From Hypanus sabinus (taxonomy: Eukaryota), in contig NC_082726.1 in the NCBI RefSeq assembly GCF_030144855.1, positions 49,042,001 to 49,106,000 on the forward strand: DNA of 64,000 bases, given 5' to 3'. The translations under genes were made by a program, and so were the position numbers. Shown here piece after piece: positions 24,791 to 38,095 of the stretch. The notes beneath the pieces were generated by a model that was given only the letters and a program-made list of their open reading frames with translations, did not search any database and was not told where the DNA came from. Position 1 is the first letter of the stretch, and every line of letters begins with the position of its first letter.

Positions 24791-27469
24791 TTTGAAACTT
24801 TCCTTCTCAGCAAGCTATAATAATAATCATTGTCAAAGTCCATCTTTATAATTAGACATTTGAATGGAAAAAGGATCAAGGGATGTGGGAGAGAACTGTA
24901 AAGTAGTATTTAGACAAAGAGTGTTTAAGATGAATAAGTTCACAGACTTATAGCAGAGCAGGCTCAGGGTGGATTGACCTGGTACTGTTTCTGTTTATCC
25001 TGTACCTAGGGAAACAAAAACCATAAGATATAGCAGCAGAATTGGGCCATTCAGCCCTTCAACTCTACCCATCATTTCATCATGGCTGATTTATTGTCTG
25101 TCGCAACCCCATTCTCTTGCCTTCTCCCCATAACCTCTGATGCCCTTACTAATCAAGAACCTATCAAGCTATGTTTCAGATAGCCCCAACTAGTAGGCAT
25201 AGAGGAGGTGCTCATAACTTTGAGGATTTAAGCATTGACTAAAATCAATGCTAGTATTCATTTGTATCCCTTGTTTCGTCCCACAAGGCATCTTGTGATC
25301 CTTTATGTGCAGTAATAGAATTCTTTCTGTAAGTTCATTGCAGCTGCTCTCTGTTTTTTTTTAAGCCTCTTGACTAATCTGTATAGCTCTGATGTCTATT
25401 GAACAGTCTGGGGACTTCATTTTTATACAAACATAATGTATGAGAGCTGTGTTTTAATCCATATTTGACCATTTAGTAAATGAGTAAAAGTGACACTTTG
25501 GCTAACCAGTTACAAAATGCAGACAATTTTATCCCTGCTTCAAGTGAATCAGTGATATTGATCTTATTTTATACAGGAGTTCTGGTACAGAAGTGGGCTA
25601 TTTGCTTCATCTAACCGAGAGGTCCCAAACTTCCTTTATGTCATGGACCCCTGCCATTAACTGAGTGGTTCATGGATCCCAGTCTGAGAACCCCTGATCT
25701 AACATTCTCTTGATGTGTGTGAACCTCTTCCCACTCTTGTTCATTTCATCCCATTAGCTTGTTCTTTTTTTCCCTCTGTTATACTTCTTAAATACATCCA
25801 ACCTATAATCTCTTATCCACGAAATGCACTGCCCGAGAGAGTGATTGAAACTGGATTACTGACAATTTTTTAAGAAGTATCTAGTTGAATGTTTGAATTG
25901 CTTAAGCATAGCAGGATGAAAACCAAATGCTGGGTAAAGAAGTTAATATGGAAGGTTGCGCAGAGGTCAGTGTGGGTGACTTAGGCCAAGTAGCATTTTT
26001 TCCATGATGTACAATTGTGATTCACTCTGTACAGTCATGAACTCTCATCTCACCGCTCCTACATACGTAGCTTCTCCTGAATTCTTAATTTCATTTACTC
26101 TGGACAACTTTGTGTGATCACAGAATGGCTCTAGTTCTGAGGCCTTCTGAGTTCATGCCAATTCTGTCCAAGAGAATTTGCTATTTACATTTCTCAGTCC
26201 CGTCTCAAAGCCCAGTCATTTTTTTTCTCCTTTAACATATTTAACCAGTTCCCCTTTGAATGCCATAATGGAACCTGCTTCCATTACTCTGACTGGCAAT
26301 ACATTCTAGACCCTACTGACAGAGAAACAAATAATATTTTTTTTGTCAATTAATTATCACTTTTTTCTCGTTTCTTCCACCAGTGTCAGCCATTTCTCTC
26401 AATCTCTATAAATAGTTCATGACTGATGGATACAAGGCAGATTCTCTTGTAACCTCCTTTGTTCCAAAGAGAAATGCCAACTCTTCCTGCCTATCAGTGA
26501 ACCAAAGTCCCTCATTCCTGTGTTTTTTTTTCTCGCATTTGTCTTTTCTGTGCCCTCTCTTTGCATCTTTGCTCCCTATTCTGGGACCACACTTTAGCAA
26601 TGCTCCGGTTGTAACGGAACCAGTATTTTCTAAAGTTTAACATGACATCCTTGCCCTTGCTTGCCAATCTTTATAGAGCCCAGGATCCCATATATACAAC
26701 CATAAAATGCTGAAAATAGTCAGCAGGTCAGCCAGCATCTGAGGAGAGAGAGTTAACATTTCAGTTTGAGCTTTTATTCTCAGTGCCACTTTAATTCTTA
26801 TCTTCTGTCTAGGCGCTTTGCAGTCCTCTGGAATGAGCACTGAATTTTCCAACTTCTGGTAAACTGCTCTCTCATTATTTCCTATTATCATGCTAGTGTC
26901 CCTTTCTCCCTGTGTTCCTGTAAAGTGTCTTGTTAACAGTCAGAACTCATGTCCTTTGTCACTTGATCTGTCTTTACCCATCTCCAAATAAGTTTTGGTG
27001 TTAAACCTTAAACCTCACTCTAATTTAAATATATCCTACACTCTCCACCCAGTACTGAGGAAAGGTTGCCGACACAAAATGTTGACTGGTTTCTCTTTCC
27101 ACTGCTGCTGTTTGACTGGCTGATTTCTTACAGCATTTTGTTTCATCAGAACTAAACCGACTTATGTTACTGATTTCTCAACCTGTCTGCCGCATACAAT
27201 TGTTTATCCAAATAATTTGTCACATCTGTCTGCCCCTGTAACACTTTTTAAATTGTGCAGTAATCCAATTCAGCTGTCTGCCACTGGCCCATTCACATCT
27301 CCTTGCAGCATGTTCCCCTTCCAAGGTTTGTGAAGTTTGGAAATTGTGCCCTTTTCACCCATTGAGATAAAGTAATGAATCTAGTATTGAGCCCTGGAGA
27401 AGCCATTCTGCACTTCCCTTCAGAACCACAGCTACTCTTCACAACTGCCCTTTCTGACACTTTACCTTG

Positions 27470-27812
27470 GGTGGCAGAGTGGAGATGTGTTTCTATCAAG
27501 CAGGTGTAAGGCGCTCCTTCCCTCCGCTAGCCTGCAGGTCGCCCTCGAGCAAGAAGTAACACTGCTTAGCCCCCAATCAGCCATGGGAGCAGATAATGGG
27601 TGGACATATGAGCAACTGGTGTATATCACAAGTCCTGGTTATGCGACAACTGACGCCAAACAATCTCTGAAGCGTATTGATTTTGGCTGGGGTCACCCAT
27701 CTTGTAAAGGTGCTGCCCAGAAGAAGGCAATAGAAGACCACTTCTTCGAGAAATTTTCTAAAAATAATCATGGTCATGAGACCTTGATTGCCTATGTCAT
27801 AATGATGATGAT
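27470..27812 (+). mobile_element. SINE or short element with RTE-like 3' end and (ATG)n tail
   Basis: gaagaaggcaat...accactt motif and terminal atgatgatgatga; ends about 120 nt before a SAR1A exon. Confidence 0.5.
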
Positions 27813-27931
27813 GACAACCATGGATTGCTGATGGGTTTCAATCTTAGTGATGAGCCTGTTATGTAGCATTTGGAAAGTATCAAATGCCGCCTTCTGAGAC
27901 ATTGTATTTAAATATTGGCCTTTATTTACAG

Positions 27932-28035
27932 CCCGAAGAGTCTGGAAGAACTACCTCCCTGCCATTAATGGGATTGTTTTCCTGGTTGACTGTGCAGACC
28001 ACTTACGACTTGCTGAATCCAAAGTGGAACTTGAT
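27932..28035 (+). CDS. SAR1A: SAR1A coding exon 4 (switch II)
   Basis: tttacag| [34 protein letters not shown] |gtaagt; 104 nt. Confidence 0.98.
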
Positions 28036-29154
28036 GTAAGTCCAACAGTTGAAGAATTTCTGGGTAAATGGGGATCCTTGAATAGAGGTTTTCAGGTTCT
28101 GATTTTGAGAAAGTAGGTTCCTCCGCTCGTCTAACTAATGACCATTTCAGATGTCCAGGTCAGGAATATGGCCACTTTATTTCATGGTCCTTGTTCAATA
28201 GCTTGTGGAAATCGGGGTGTGCCACACCTGACTGCATTGAAACAGCTACTTATTGTTGTCCAGCTCCTTTGTTGGTACAGATTTGAGTCAACTTGAAACC
28301 TGGTTGTGATATCCTGAGTCTTGCAACATCTCATATTCTTATTGCCTTCAGAGGGAAAACAGAGATATTTGCCTGTTTAAAGAAGCTTTCACCTTTTAAA
28401 AATTCTTTAGAATAATTTGTGTTTTATCAATTGTGGTAATATGGTAAGCAATTTGCATTCAACAAGCTCCCACCAACACCAGTTTGAAAAGGATCAAGTA
28501 ATCTGTTTTTGTTTAGAAATATAATTAACATGTAAATATCGGCCAAAACATTAAGAGTAATGTTTCATCCCGCAGAAATGTCATCTAATCATTGCTGTTT
28601 CTTGAGCAACAAGGGGGTGGGGGGCTGAGTTGATGCAATGCTGCTGCTTGTTGTGGGGCAAGGGGGGCTTTGGGGTTCTAATGTTTTTATTGACACTCGT
28701 TCTTTGGGGCACCCTTCTGTTTTCATGGATGTCTTAAGAAGAACAAGAATGTCAGGTTGTATATTGTATGCATTCTCTGATATTAAATGGAACTATTAAA
28801 CTATTGATTATAAAGATTCCATTATTACCATTGTGTCCTCAAATGTATTTCAATAGCTGCAAAGCCTTTAGGGTTTTCCTGAAAGATAAAGGGATGGTGC
28901 TTTATAAATATATATTTATTTTTCTGTGACTCCCATCAGTTTCCATCAAAATCAATAGAGGCTCAGGTGAGGTGGGCAAGCAGTTCCACTAACATAGCTG
29001 TAGTGATTAACTCTGTTGCTATGTTCCAAATATAACCTAGTGCTTGTCTAATTCTATAATGAATTATGTTATGCATTCACAAACACACAAATATAATTAT
29101 TCTTTTAATTGGAAAGAATTCTTAAGTAGATTAATTGCCTCATTTTCACAGTCA

Positions 29155-29432
29155 CTCTCTACAGTCAGTAGCCACTTTATTAGGTACCTCTGTTCATGGC
29201 CTTCTGCTGTAGCCCATCTACTTGAAAACTTGACATGTTCTGCTTTCAGAGATGCTCTTCTGTACACCACTGTTGTTTCATATGGTTCTTTGAGTACTGT
29301 CACTTTCCTGTCAGCCTGAATCAGTCTGGCCATTTTCTGGCCTCGCTCATTAACAAGTTATTTTTGCCCACAGAACTGGTGCTCACTGGATTTTTTTTTT
29401 TGTTTCTCACAACATTCTTTTAAACTCTAGAA
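29155..29432 (-). mobile_element. Tc1-like transposon fragment
   Basis: TIR cagtcagtagccactttattaggtac; MARLIQADRKVTV in ORF 29097-29333. Confidence 0.75.
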
Positions 29433-30625
29433 ACTGTAATTATTCCTTTAATTCGAAAGAATTCTGAAGTAAAGTAATTGCTCCATTTTCACAGCCACAA
29501 TCTTTATATCAAGCTGATAAACTCACCTTGCTCCCCTGCAGTTCTTTGTTAAAGAGCAAGTCATATATTAGATTGTGCAAAATTGCATATGTGGTCCATG
29601 CTGAACTTACCAACCAACACAGAGGGGAATTATTATTTTTTGATCAGGAATCCAGAATGTAACCTTAAAATTTAGACCCAGGTCATTTGGGGCAGCAGTT
29701 GGGAAACCTTTATGGGTATGGTGGCCTATGTTCCAGGTGCAGATCGAAAGGACTAGGCAGAGTAATAGTTTGGCACAGACTGGATGGGCCAAAGGGCCTA
29801 TTTCTGTACTGTAGTCTTCTAATGCTCTATGCAATGATGACCATTATGTGGGGCGTTCTGTAGCCAAAAGAAGTAAAAGCTAGCTCAGTTCGTTTAAAAA
29901 CCTGAAAATGATAGATACTTGCTAGTCAAGGGTGTTGAAGTATATGAGAAAAGGCAGGTGGATGGAGTTAAGAAGTAGATTAAGCGTGATCCTATTGAAT
30001 GGGGAAACAAGTTCAATATACTGCTTGGACTTGGAGAAGGTCTGAAGTGGACCTTCGCTTGTGTTTAAAATAACTATGGGAAATTCTTTTATTTCTGTGA
30101 TGACATTATGGAGTAGTAGGGAAATAGGGGAAAGCAATGCAATGTGGTCCAGATCCGGAAACCATAATTTATCTCAGCAGCACAGATAGAAAGTGCCTTA
30201 GTGTAGCAGGTGGCATATTATACTGGAAGTTATGATTGTGATCTCCCTTTCAGGTCCTGTCACTTGATGTAATTGCATGTTTTCCCCATCACAGTAACAC
30301 TCAGTAATCTGACACACTCGGGATTTTGGTAGTGCTAGACCAGCAGGTTTTTCCATACTATTGGGTGTTATTTCTATTAATACCCCAAAACTCATTTTAT
30401 TCAGATGTTTCCCTGTAGAATATTTTCCACAGAGTCAGGTAGGTTAAAGGAAGTGTAGGAACAGGAGACGCAGTGGATTGGAGGGCAGTGAGCTACATGG
30501 CAAACGAGCCAGTTATCAAATATCAGATTCTCCAAATATTTGGATAGTTGATTACCCAAAGTGTACTGTCAGCAATTTTGTGGTGTCTGAAGTAAAAATC
30601 TCTTGCATTTATTGTATTTTTTAAG

Positions 30626-30757
30626 GCATTAATGACAGATGAAACAATATCCAATGTTCCAGTTCTTATCCTGGGAAACAAAATTGACCGATCAGAGGCC
30701 ATCAGTGAGGAGAAGCTACGAGAGATCTTCGGGCTATATGGACAAACGACAGGAAAG
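30626..30757 (+). CDS. SAR1A: SAR1A coding exon 5 (NKxD motif)
   Basis: ttttaag| [44 protein letters not shown] |gtactg; 132 nt. ISN and EKLREIF are A-type residues. Confidence 0.98.
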
Positions 30758-30989
30758 GTACTGGAAAGGCTTGGGTTGCTAAAGTATTGTATCATTTAAA
30801 TGCACATGTATGTATATAAAAACTACTCTTTAAAGCGAAGTAAATCTTATGGAAGGTAGTCTGCTAGCAAACAATGTATAGTTTATAGTCAGTGACCTTT
30901 TAATTTGGCACTTTGTGCACTATGTGCTACAGGACTAGCGGATTTTCCAGGTTAATGGATGTTAGTCCTATTACTTCAAAGCTCATGGC

Positions 30990-31425
30990 ACACCATGTAG
31001 TGGTTAGCATTTAGTGCCAGCTGTAAGATCGGGGTTCTGTCCTGCCACTGTCCTCAAGAAGCGTGTATGTTTTCCCCATAACTAGGCAAGTTTTCTTCCA
31101 TATTTTAAAATGCGCAATCAGAGGTAGTGCGATGAGGGCATGCTATGTTGGCTATCTAGTGGCCACACAATGGTTTGGCTTCCACAGCCATCTGTGACAA
31201 TGAATTCCACAGATTTAAGACCCTCTGGCTAAAGAAATTCCTCTTCAACTCTGTTCCAAAGGAGCTTCCTATTCTGAGGCTATACACTCCATTTCTAGAC
31301 TCTTCCACTGCAGGAAACATCCTTTCCATGTCCTCTTTATCTAGGCCTTTCAATATTGCTATGTGTCAATGACATTTCCCCCCCCCCCCCCATTTTCCTA
31401 AATTCCAGTGAGTACAGACTCGAAG
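30990..31425. mobile_element. SINE fragment (+) abutting a CR1 3' fragment (-)
   Basis: SINE head near 30990-31155; minus ORF 31156-31353 has RNFFSQRVLNLWNSL. Confidence 0.65.
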
Positions 31426-34160
31426 TTCTTTATTTCTTAGTATTTCAATGAATGAGTCAACTATCTATCCATCGGGATTTCAAAATAACTGGATACTGGA
31501 TTATTGGAATTTAACTGGTAATCTTTTCATTGGCATTGGCTGAAGGAGGCTCCCTATACTCCAAAAGATAGCAGGTAGACGATTTAATTGCTCATCTCAG
31601 CAATGTACCCTGGCTATCTGTCTATTTTTAAAAGAAATAAACTTGTTTTGCTTGAGCATATGGCATTGATCACCCTGTCTAATATTTTCCACAACTCAAA
31701 TTACACACGGTGGAGCAGGTGGAACAGACTTTACTGGAAACAAATTACAGAATGTTTATCTTGCAGTATCCAGTGCCCAGTCAGAAACTGTAAGATAATC
31801 TACATATGTTTTTAGTCACAAAAGAGCTTGAGGGATCAATGAATGTCTCACAGTTATTTAGACAATTAGAATTTATAAAAGGTAATATTAACAGGCTGGT
31901 GTTCTTATTGTGAAATTTGGACGAGATTTCAACTAACTCTTCATTAGTCGTCATGTTTGGACTTGTTCAGACTTTACACCCGAAAACACAATAATTTAGC
32001 ATAAGAAAGAACAGCTTTCCAAACTAAGACTGGTAGGGTTAAATTTTCATTTGGGCTATTATTGCAGAAGTAGAATCTCAACTAACCAACTGGAGAAATG
32101 AACCTACAGAGCAGCATCAGGATAGGAGCACATCAGCTGGAGGAGAATCTCTCCTTGTTGTCCTTCCCCCCCCCCCCCCCACCCATCCAACTCATTGGCT
32201 GAACAACTGGAGTTTCACTGTGGAGGACATGCTGGTCAAGCATGGCAGGTGAATGAGAAATGGGCCTTCCTGAGCACTGTTGCATTTTGTTTAACTGTTT
32301 CCCAACCAGAAGACTAGTTGAGGGCCAATTCTCAGCAGGGGACGACTCTAGCCAAGTGGTCACTAGCCTGTGTGAATGAGAGTATTCTAACATAGTGGGG
32401 AGAGTCCACAGTTGCAGACTGTCTTTCCCTGATATTAGGTGACTAGACACTGATCAAGGGAGCATTGAATTTGTCGTCATTGCCATCTCCTCAGTCATGT
32501 AGACGTGGAAACGCATTATGTCTGAGATCAAACAAATTAGTTGGAAAATTAAACCCTGTAATCGTAACCTTTGTGTTTGTAGGTTAGAGAAAGTTCTAGA
32601 GGGATTATATTTCTTGTATAGAATGTATTGTTTCCTCAGTAACTTAAAGTAAGTATGCGACCTTTTTATGTTGGCTGTGGCAATTGGACAGGAAGGTAAG
32701 TAAGGCAGAAGTGCCGAAAAACCAAAACCAAGCTGGTGCTGCTACCAAATTAAAGAGAATGATTTACTGGATGTTCGCTGATGACTTTTAAATTGGAAGA
32801 TAAAACCTGGTTCATCCGTTAATGATATTAAGATTAAATTAATTTGTAGAAAACTGGAGGTAGATCAAAAAAATTCTCCCTTCTGGTTAATCTTTTGTGA
32901 ATGCAAACCAAAGAGCTTCATGTTAATTCTATCAACATAAGTGGGTGGCTTGCTTGCTGATGGGAAGCATCTTTAGTGGTTTGGTTGTGGTTAAGTGATA
33001 ACACTCTTGCCTACAATAAGAAACTATTTGGGTTCAAGAGAGCTGAACACAAAAATCTTTTGTTTGGCTTTCGTAATCAGGGTCCTCCAGCAGAAGTCAA
33101 TGAGAGAACTCTTCATTGTTCTAGCCAACACTCTGTTATAAACATATAAATGCAAATTTGAACTCCCTAATTTTTGTCATGCTTGTAGATTAGCTAGTTT
33201 GCATGTCACATGTCTCATCCGCTGCCCTTTTGGGTAGTGTATTACAGATTCCAACCATTTGTTTGAAAAATTCTTCCTCAGATCTCTTATAAATCATGTG
33301 TCCTTTATCTTCAACTCTGCTCTCTGGTTTTTAAACGTGCGTATTATGGGTAAAGTTTCTTGCTGTCTGTGCAGGACCTCAAATTCCGACTCTTTTTTCC
33401 CTCTCCATAGATTGCTGACTGACCTACTGAGTTCCTCCCAACAATTTGAGTGTGTTGCTATCGACCCTATCTAGTCTCATAATGTTGTAAAACTCAATCA
33501 AGTTACCCTTCAGTCACTTCCATTCTAAGGAAAACAAGACCATCCTATCCGATCTGTGAAACACTGCATTCCAAGCAGTCTTCTCCGAACCCTCCCCTGT
33601 ACAGTCACATCCTTCCTGTGGTGGGCTGAATGGCTTATTCCTATTCTGTTTGAATCTACAACTAGCATATTGGCTCCATAGGACTGATTTAGAACTGGGC
33701 AGCAGAAGTGACTATTAGCTACAGTCTAACATCACTGCGGGACTTGTATGTGTCCAGGACATAGAAGTGGCAAGAAAAATCACTATGGACAATATCCACC
33801 CGGCAAAATGTCTTTTCCAAAGCTCCCTTCTGGAAACTGCAGTAGGACTGGTAAAAGAGAGAAAAAAAAATCATGCCATCTTAAACATTTCTTCCCACAG
33901 AGAATTACTGTGATCAACCATTCTATTTGGCCTCTTCCCCACCCCTTCTATCTATTAGCTCAGTTACTTTAAACCACTTTTTATAATGCTGTTTACATTG
34001 TAAGTACACACTGGTATTTATGCGTTATACACATGGTATTCAATATCCATGCTTCTAACTTTATTTTTATATCATTCTTTATTCTTTATAATTGTTGAAT
34101 ATTGTGTTTTTTTGTTGCATGTAGCACCAACACACTATAGCATATTTCTAATATGTAAAT

Positions 34161-34270
34161 GTACTCAGTGGCCGCTTTATTAGGTACCTCCTGTGCGTCA
34201 TGAAGAGGTCACTGAGTGTATATTTATGATCTTCCGCTGCTATAGCCCATCCATTTTAAGGTTCAACATG
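34161..34270 (-). mobile_element. Tc1-derived end fragment (TIR hairpin)
   Basis: actcagtggccgctttattaggtacc...gaggtcactgagtgta. Confidence 0.65.
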
Positions 34271-34492
34271 AAGCTTTTCTAAATACTTCTCTAGGATACC
34301 CAATCGCTGTATCTCAGCGGTCCATAATTTCTCACTATTTAGTTGATACACATTTTATTTTTCCTGATAAACTGTTGCTTGGTCATCTACCTACTGATTT
34401 GGCATATGTTGTGACTTCATGGTAGAGCTATTGTCTCTGAGGCAAAAGGTCAAAGATTCAAGTTAAGCCTTTAAAGGCTTAAGTACACAATC

Positions 34493-35048
34493 TACATTGA
34501 GTGGCTACTTTATTATGTATCTCCCGTACTTAATAAAATAGCTACTGAGTGCATTTTCATGGTCTTCTGCTGTTGCAGCCCATCTGCTTCAAGGTTTGTC
34601 ATGTTACGCATTCAGAGATGCTTTTCTGCACACACTGTTGTAATGCGTGGTTGTTTGTTACCTTCGCCTTCCTGTCAGCTTGAACCAGTCTGGCCATTTT
34701 CTTCTGACCACTCTCATTAACAAGCTAATTTTGCCCACAGAACTGCCGCTCACTGGATGCTTTGTTTTTTGCACCATTCTCTGTAAACTCTAGAGACTGC
34801 TGTGCATGAAAATCCCAAGAGATCAGCAGTTTCTAAAATACTCAAACTACCCCATCTGGCATCCACAATTCCACAGTCAACATCACATAGATAAAATTTC
34901 TTCCCCATTCTGGTGTTTGGACTGAACAACAACTGAACCTCTTGACCATGTCTGCATTCTTTTATGCACTGAGTTGCTGCCACCTGATTGGCTAATTAGA
35001 TATTTGCATTAACACACAGTGTGCACTTAATAAAGTGGCCACTGAGAG
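34493..35048 (-). mobile_element. Tc1-like non-autonomous deletion derivative with both TIRs
   Basis: Left acattgagtggctactttatta and right taataaagtggccactgag. ORF 34750-34983 has MGKK..LCD...SILETADLLGFS.TAVSRVYREW, the Tc1 HTH. Confidence 0.85.
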
Positions 35049-36556
35049 AATATGGCAAATAGACTTAATCCTGTAGTGTGAAATGACTTTTAATGTGAAA
35101 CACGCTAAACTAATGGTGTATGCTGCTGAATCAGTTCAAACTTGCATGCAGTGTAAATCCAGAACTATGTTAAATCCAAGTAAATCTACCTGATTTTACT
35201 TACTGCATTTTAATTTCTCCTCCCCTTCTCTCTACTAATCTAGGATTACAAATACTTCTGTATCTACTTTTTTGGATGAAACAGCTCTGCCTTTCCATCT
35301 GAGCATGTGCAGTGCTCACTTCTAGTCAGTGTGGTTCAACCTTTGGTAACTCAGCAAACAGAAAATGCATAATTGATGCTGTTTGGCCAGAACTCAAATG
35401 GCAGTACTTTAGGGCCACATGTAAACAGTACCAGTACATAACACTGGTCACAAGTGCTCAAATAAAAGGCAGATTGCCCATGTATAAAAGCACATCACCA
35501 TCTGCCAGTGTCATAACTGCATAGCACTGCCTTTTCAAAGCTAAGGTTCAGCATCTAATTATTACTTGACAGCTCTATATGGCAGTAGTTTTGAGACCTG
35601 ATTAAGAATGCAGTGCTTGCTAACTGGCTTATGCTATTCAGACACCATTTCTTGCCCTTCTCTCTCATGCATTCTCCTTCAGCTCAAAATTGGTTTCTCC
35701 TGCTCTCACCCTTACATGGATGCACCATCACTTTAAGGAGGCAATGTTGCTGTAATCCAGCAAGCTTAAAATTTGCATTATGTATGTGTGCATAATTTAA
35801 ATAAATAAAAGTACAATATTAAAATGAAGAATGAAATCTGTGCAGTTGTCCCCATCTGCCCATCCTGTTTTGCACGAAGATTGTCCTTGACCTTGACTGG
35901 CCATGTGCAGCAGCATGCAAGATCAACAAGTAATTTTTAGATGTTCTGCCTACAGAAAGCTTGGGCAGTATCCGGTGGTGGGCCTCGAGCTCTGACGTTG
36001 GAATGAGCTTCACTCGTGTAACTTGACATTCTCAGACATGACTGAAACTCTGCCTCACCAACCCAGCTGGCCATCTGTCAGCTTGAGGTAATTGATTGAC
36101 AGTGGCTGGTATGTGGTTTGTGAACATTTGTGAAAAGCTGAAATTGAACTTTATCTGTGTTCTAACTGCAACATTTGTGTACTGAGTACATTCATTGAAC
36201 TCAGATTTGAGCTCTACTCTTGACACAAATATTTAAATTTATATACATAAATTTCAAAGAAGGAGGCAACCATACAGAAGTGTTGAAAATTGAGAGGCAT
36301 AGTTAAGGTGGGTGGTTACAACCTGACCTCCAGGGTAGGGGAGACCAAAGACAAAGGGGCATAGGTTTAGGGTGAGAGGCAAAATTTTTCAAAGAACCTG
36401 GAAGGGCAACTTTTTCATGAAAAGGATGGTGATTATATGGAACGAGCTGTCAGAGAAATGGTTAAGGCAGGTGCAATAGTATTACTTAAGAAGCATGTGG
36501 ATAGATACATGGAGGGGTGGAGCTTTGGGATATGGGATTAACACAGAAAATTGTCT

Positions 36557-37355
36557 GTGGAAATGTAGGGGAGACAGGCGGTAGTGATGATTACACCGGA
36601 CATTCCTACAGGGTGGCAACAAAATGAAGAAAATCAGTCGGGTCCCTTAAAAGTGCTGACGGAAAAACCAGGAAACCTAACAACAAGGCAGAACCTAGCC
36701 CTACTGCCTGCCTGCCTTATATTTCCACAGTTTCTGGAAGGATTACCAGGATCCTGAAGAAATACCAGATTAGTACCATCCATAAACCCGTTAGGAAGCT
36801 CAAATCACAGCTTATGCAGGTCAAAGATGACCTGGGACTCAGGACAGCAGTCGTTTTCAGGATTTGATGTGAATGTGGAGCAGTGTATAGTGGTCAGACA
36901 TGACATACAATAGAAACCCGCATCAAGGAGCACAGGAGGTGCACCCGTTTGGGTTACCCAGAAAAATCTACAATAGCAGAGCATTATGTTTGCAGTGACC
37001 ATAGGATTGACTTTAGCACAAAACTACTATGCCGCGCCAGTGGTTTTTGTGACTGCCTGGTTGAAGGAAGCCATTTAAATAAAACTGGAGGAAAAGAATT
37101 TTAACAAACTGAAGGTCTTGCTCTAAATAAGAACTGGAATTCGATTGTAAACAAGCTGGGACCACAGAAACCTGATTGGATGAGGACTAACCAATCAGGA
37201 GGATGGACGACAAGGGTATAAATAACACTGGATAAGACTTACCCAGGCATCATCCCTGATGAAGATGGCAGAGTTTGTCATCAAAACATCAGTTAAAACC
37301 AATACCTGTACCCAGCTGGAAGCCCGAGAAGAGTTTATTGGTCATATATGCTGGG
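36557..37355 (+). mobile_element. Penelope-like element, second family: GIY-YIG endonuclease and 3' repeat
   Basis: 36860-36985 reads CECGAVY.GQT...ETRIKEHRRC.RLGYPEKS.IAEH. Downstream are CCAAT/TATA-like motifs and a CTGATGA stem-loop. Confidence 0.8.
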
Positions 37356-37825
37356 ACTTACTCATTAGCCTTTGTATCTCCATTATGGACATGTTCATAG
37401 GTCATTCCCAACTTATTTGTGCATACAAATGGCAATAGTTAGGCAGTCTTGCTTCTTCAACCCCATCATATGATTGTTTATGATTGTAATTTGCATTACA
37501 ATTTGAAGATGTTGTGTTCTTGTACAAGTGCCTATAGCTATAATTCACTATGAAGCAAAAGTTTCTCTAGCCCACCCCACCACTGTACTTCACCATGAAG
37601 CCAGTGTTTTCCCTTTTTGCTGTAATCCACTATGAAACCATGTGTTCTCTTCCCACATTGCTCTCCTCACCCTCTGCCAAGGATTCAATTACGAGCATTT
37701 CTAGTTTTCATTGTTCCACCATTTTGGAGGCTGTGTCTTCAGCTATAAAATCCTTAAAATCTGGAATTCACTCTCTCAGTCCTTTTGCTCTAACTTTCTC
37801 TACTCCCTTGAGTCTTTATTTTTTT

Positions 37826-38095
37826 AAGATACAGTGCGGAGTAGGCCATCCTTCAAGCCACGCAACCCAGCAACTCCTGATTTAACCATAGCCTGATCAC
37901 AGTGCAATTGGCAATGACCAATTAACCTATCGACTGGTATGTCTTTGGATTGTGGTTGGGGGGAGGGGGGGAGACTGGAGTTCCCAGTGGAATTCAACGT
38001 GGTCATGGGGAGAAAATACTTACAGAGGAGGGAGTTGATCCTGGGTCGCTCGTACTGGCAAGCGTTGTGCTAACGGTTACACTACCATGCTGCCC
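37826..38095 (-). mobile_element. tRNA-derived SINE (V-SINE/HE1-like)
   Basis: accaattaacctatcgactggtatgtctttggattgtgg...actaccatgctgccc; same family as 56830-57070. Confidence 0.7.
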
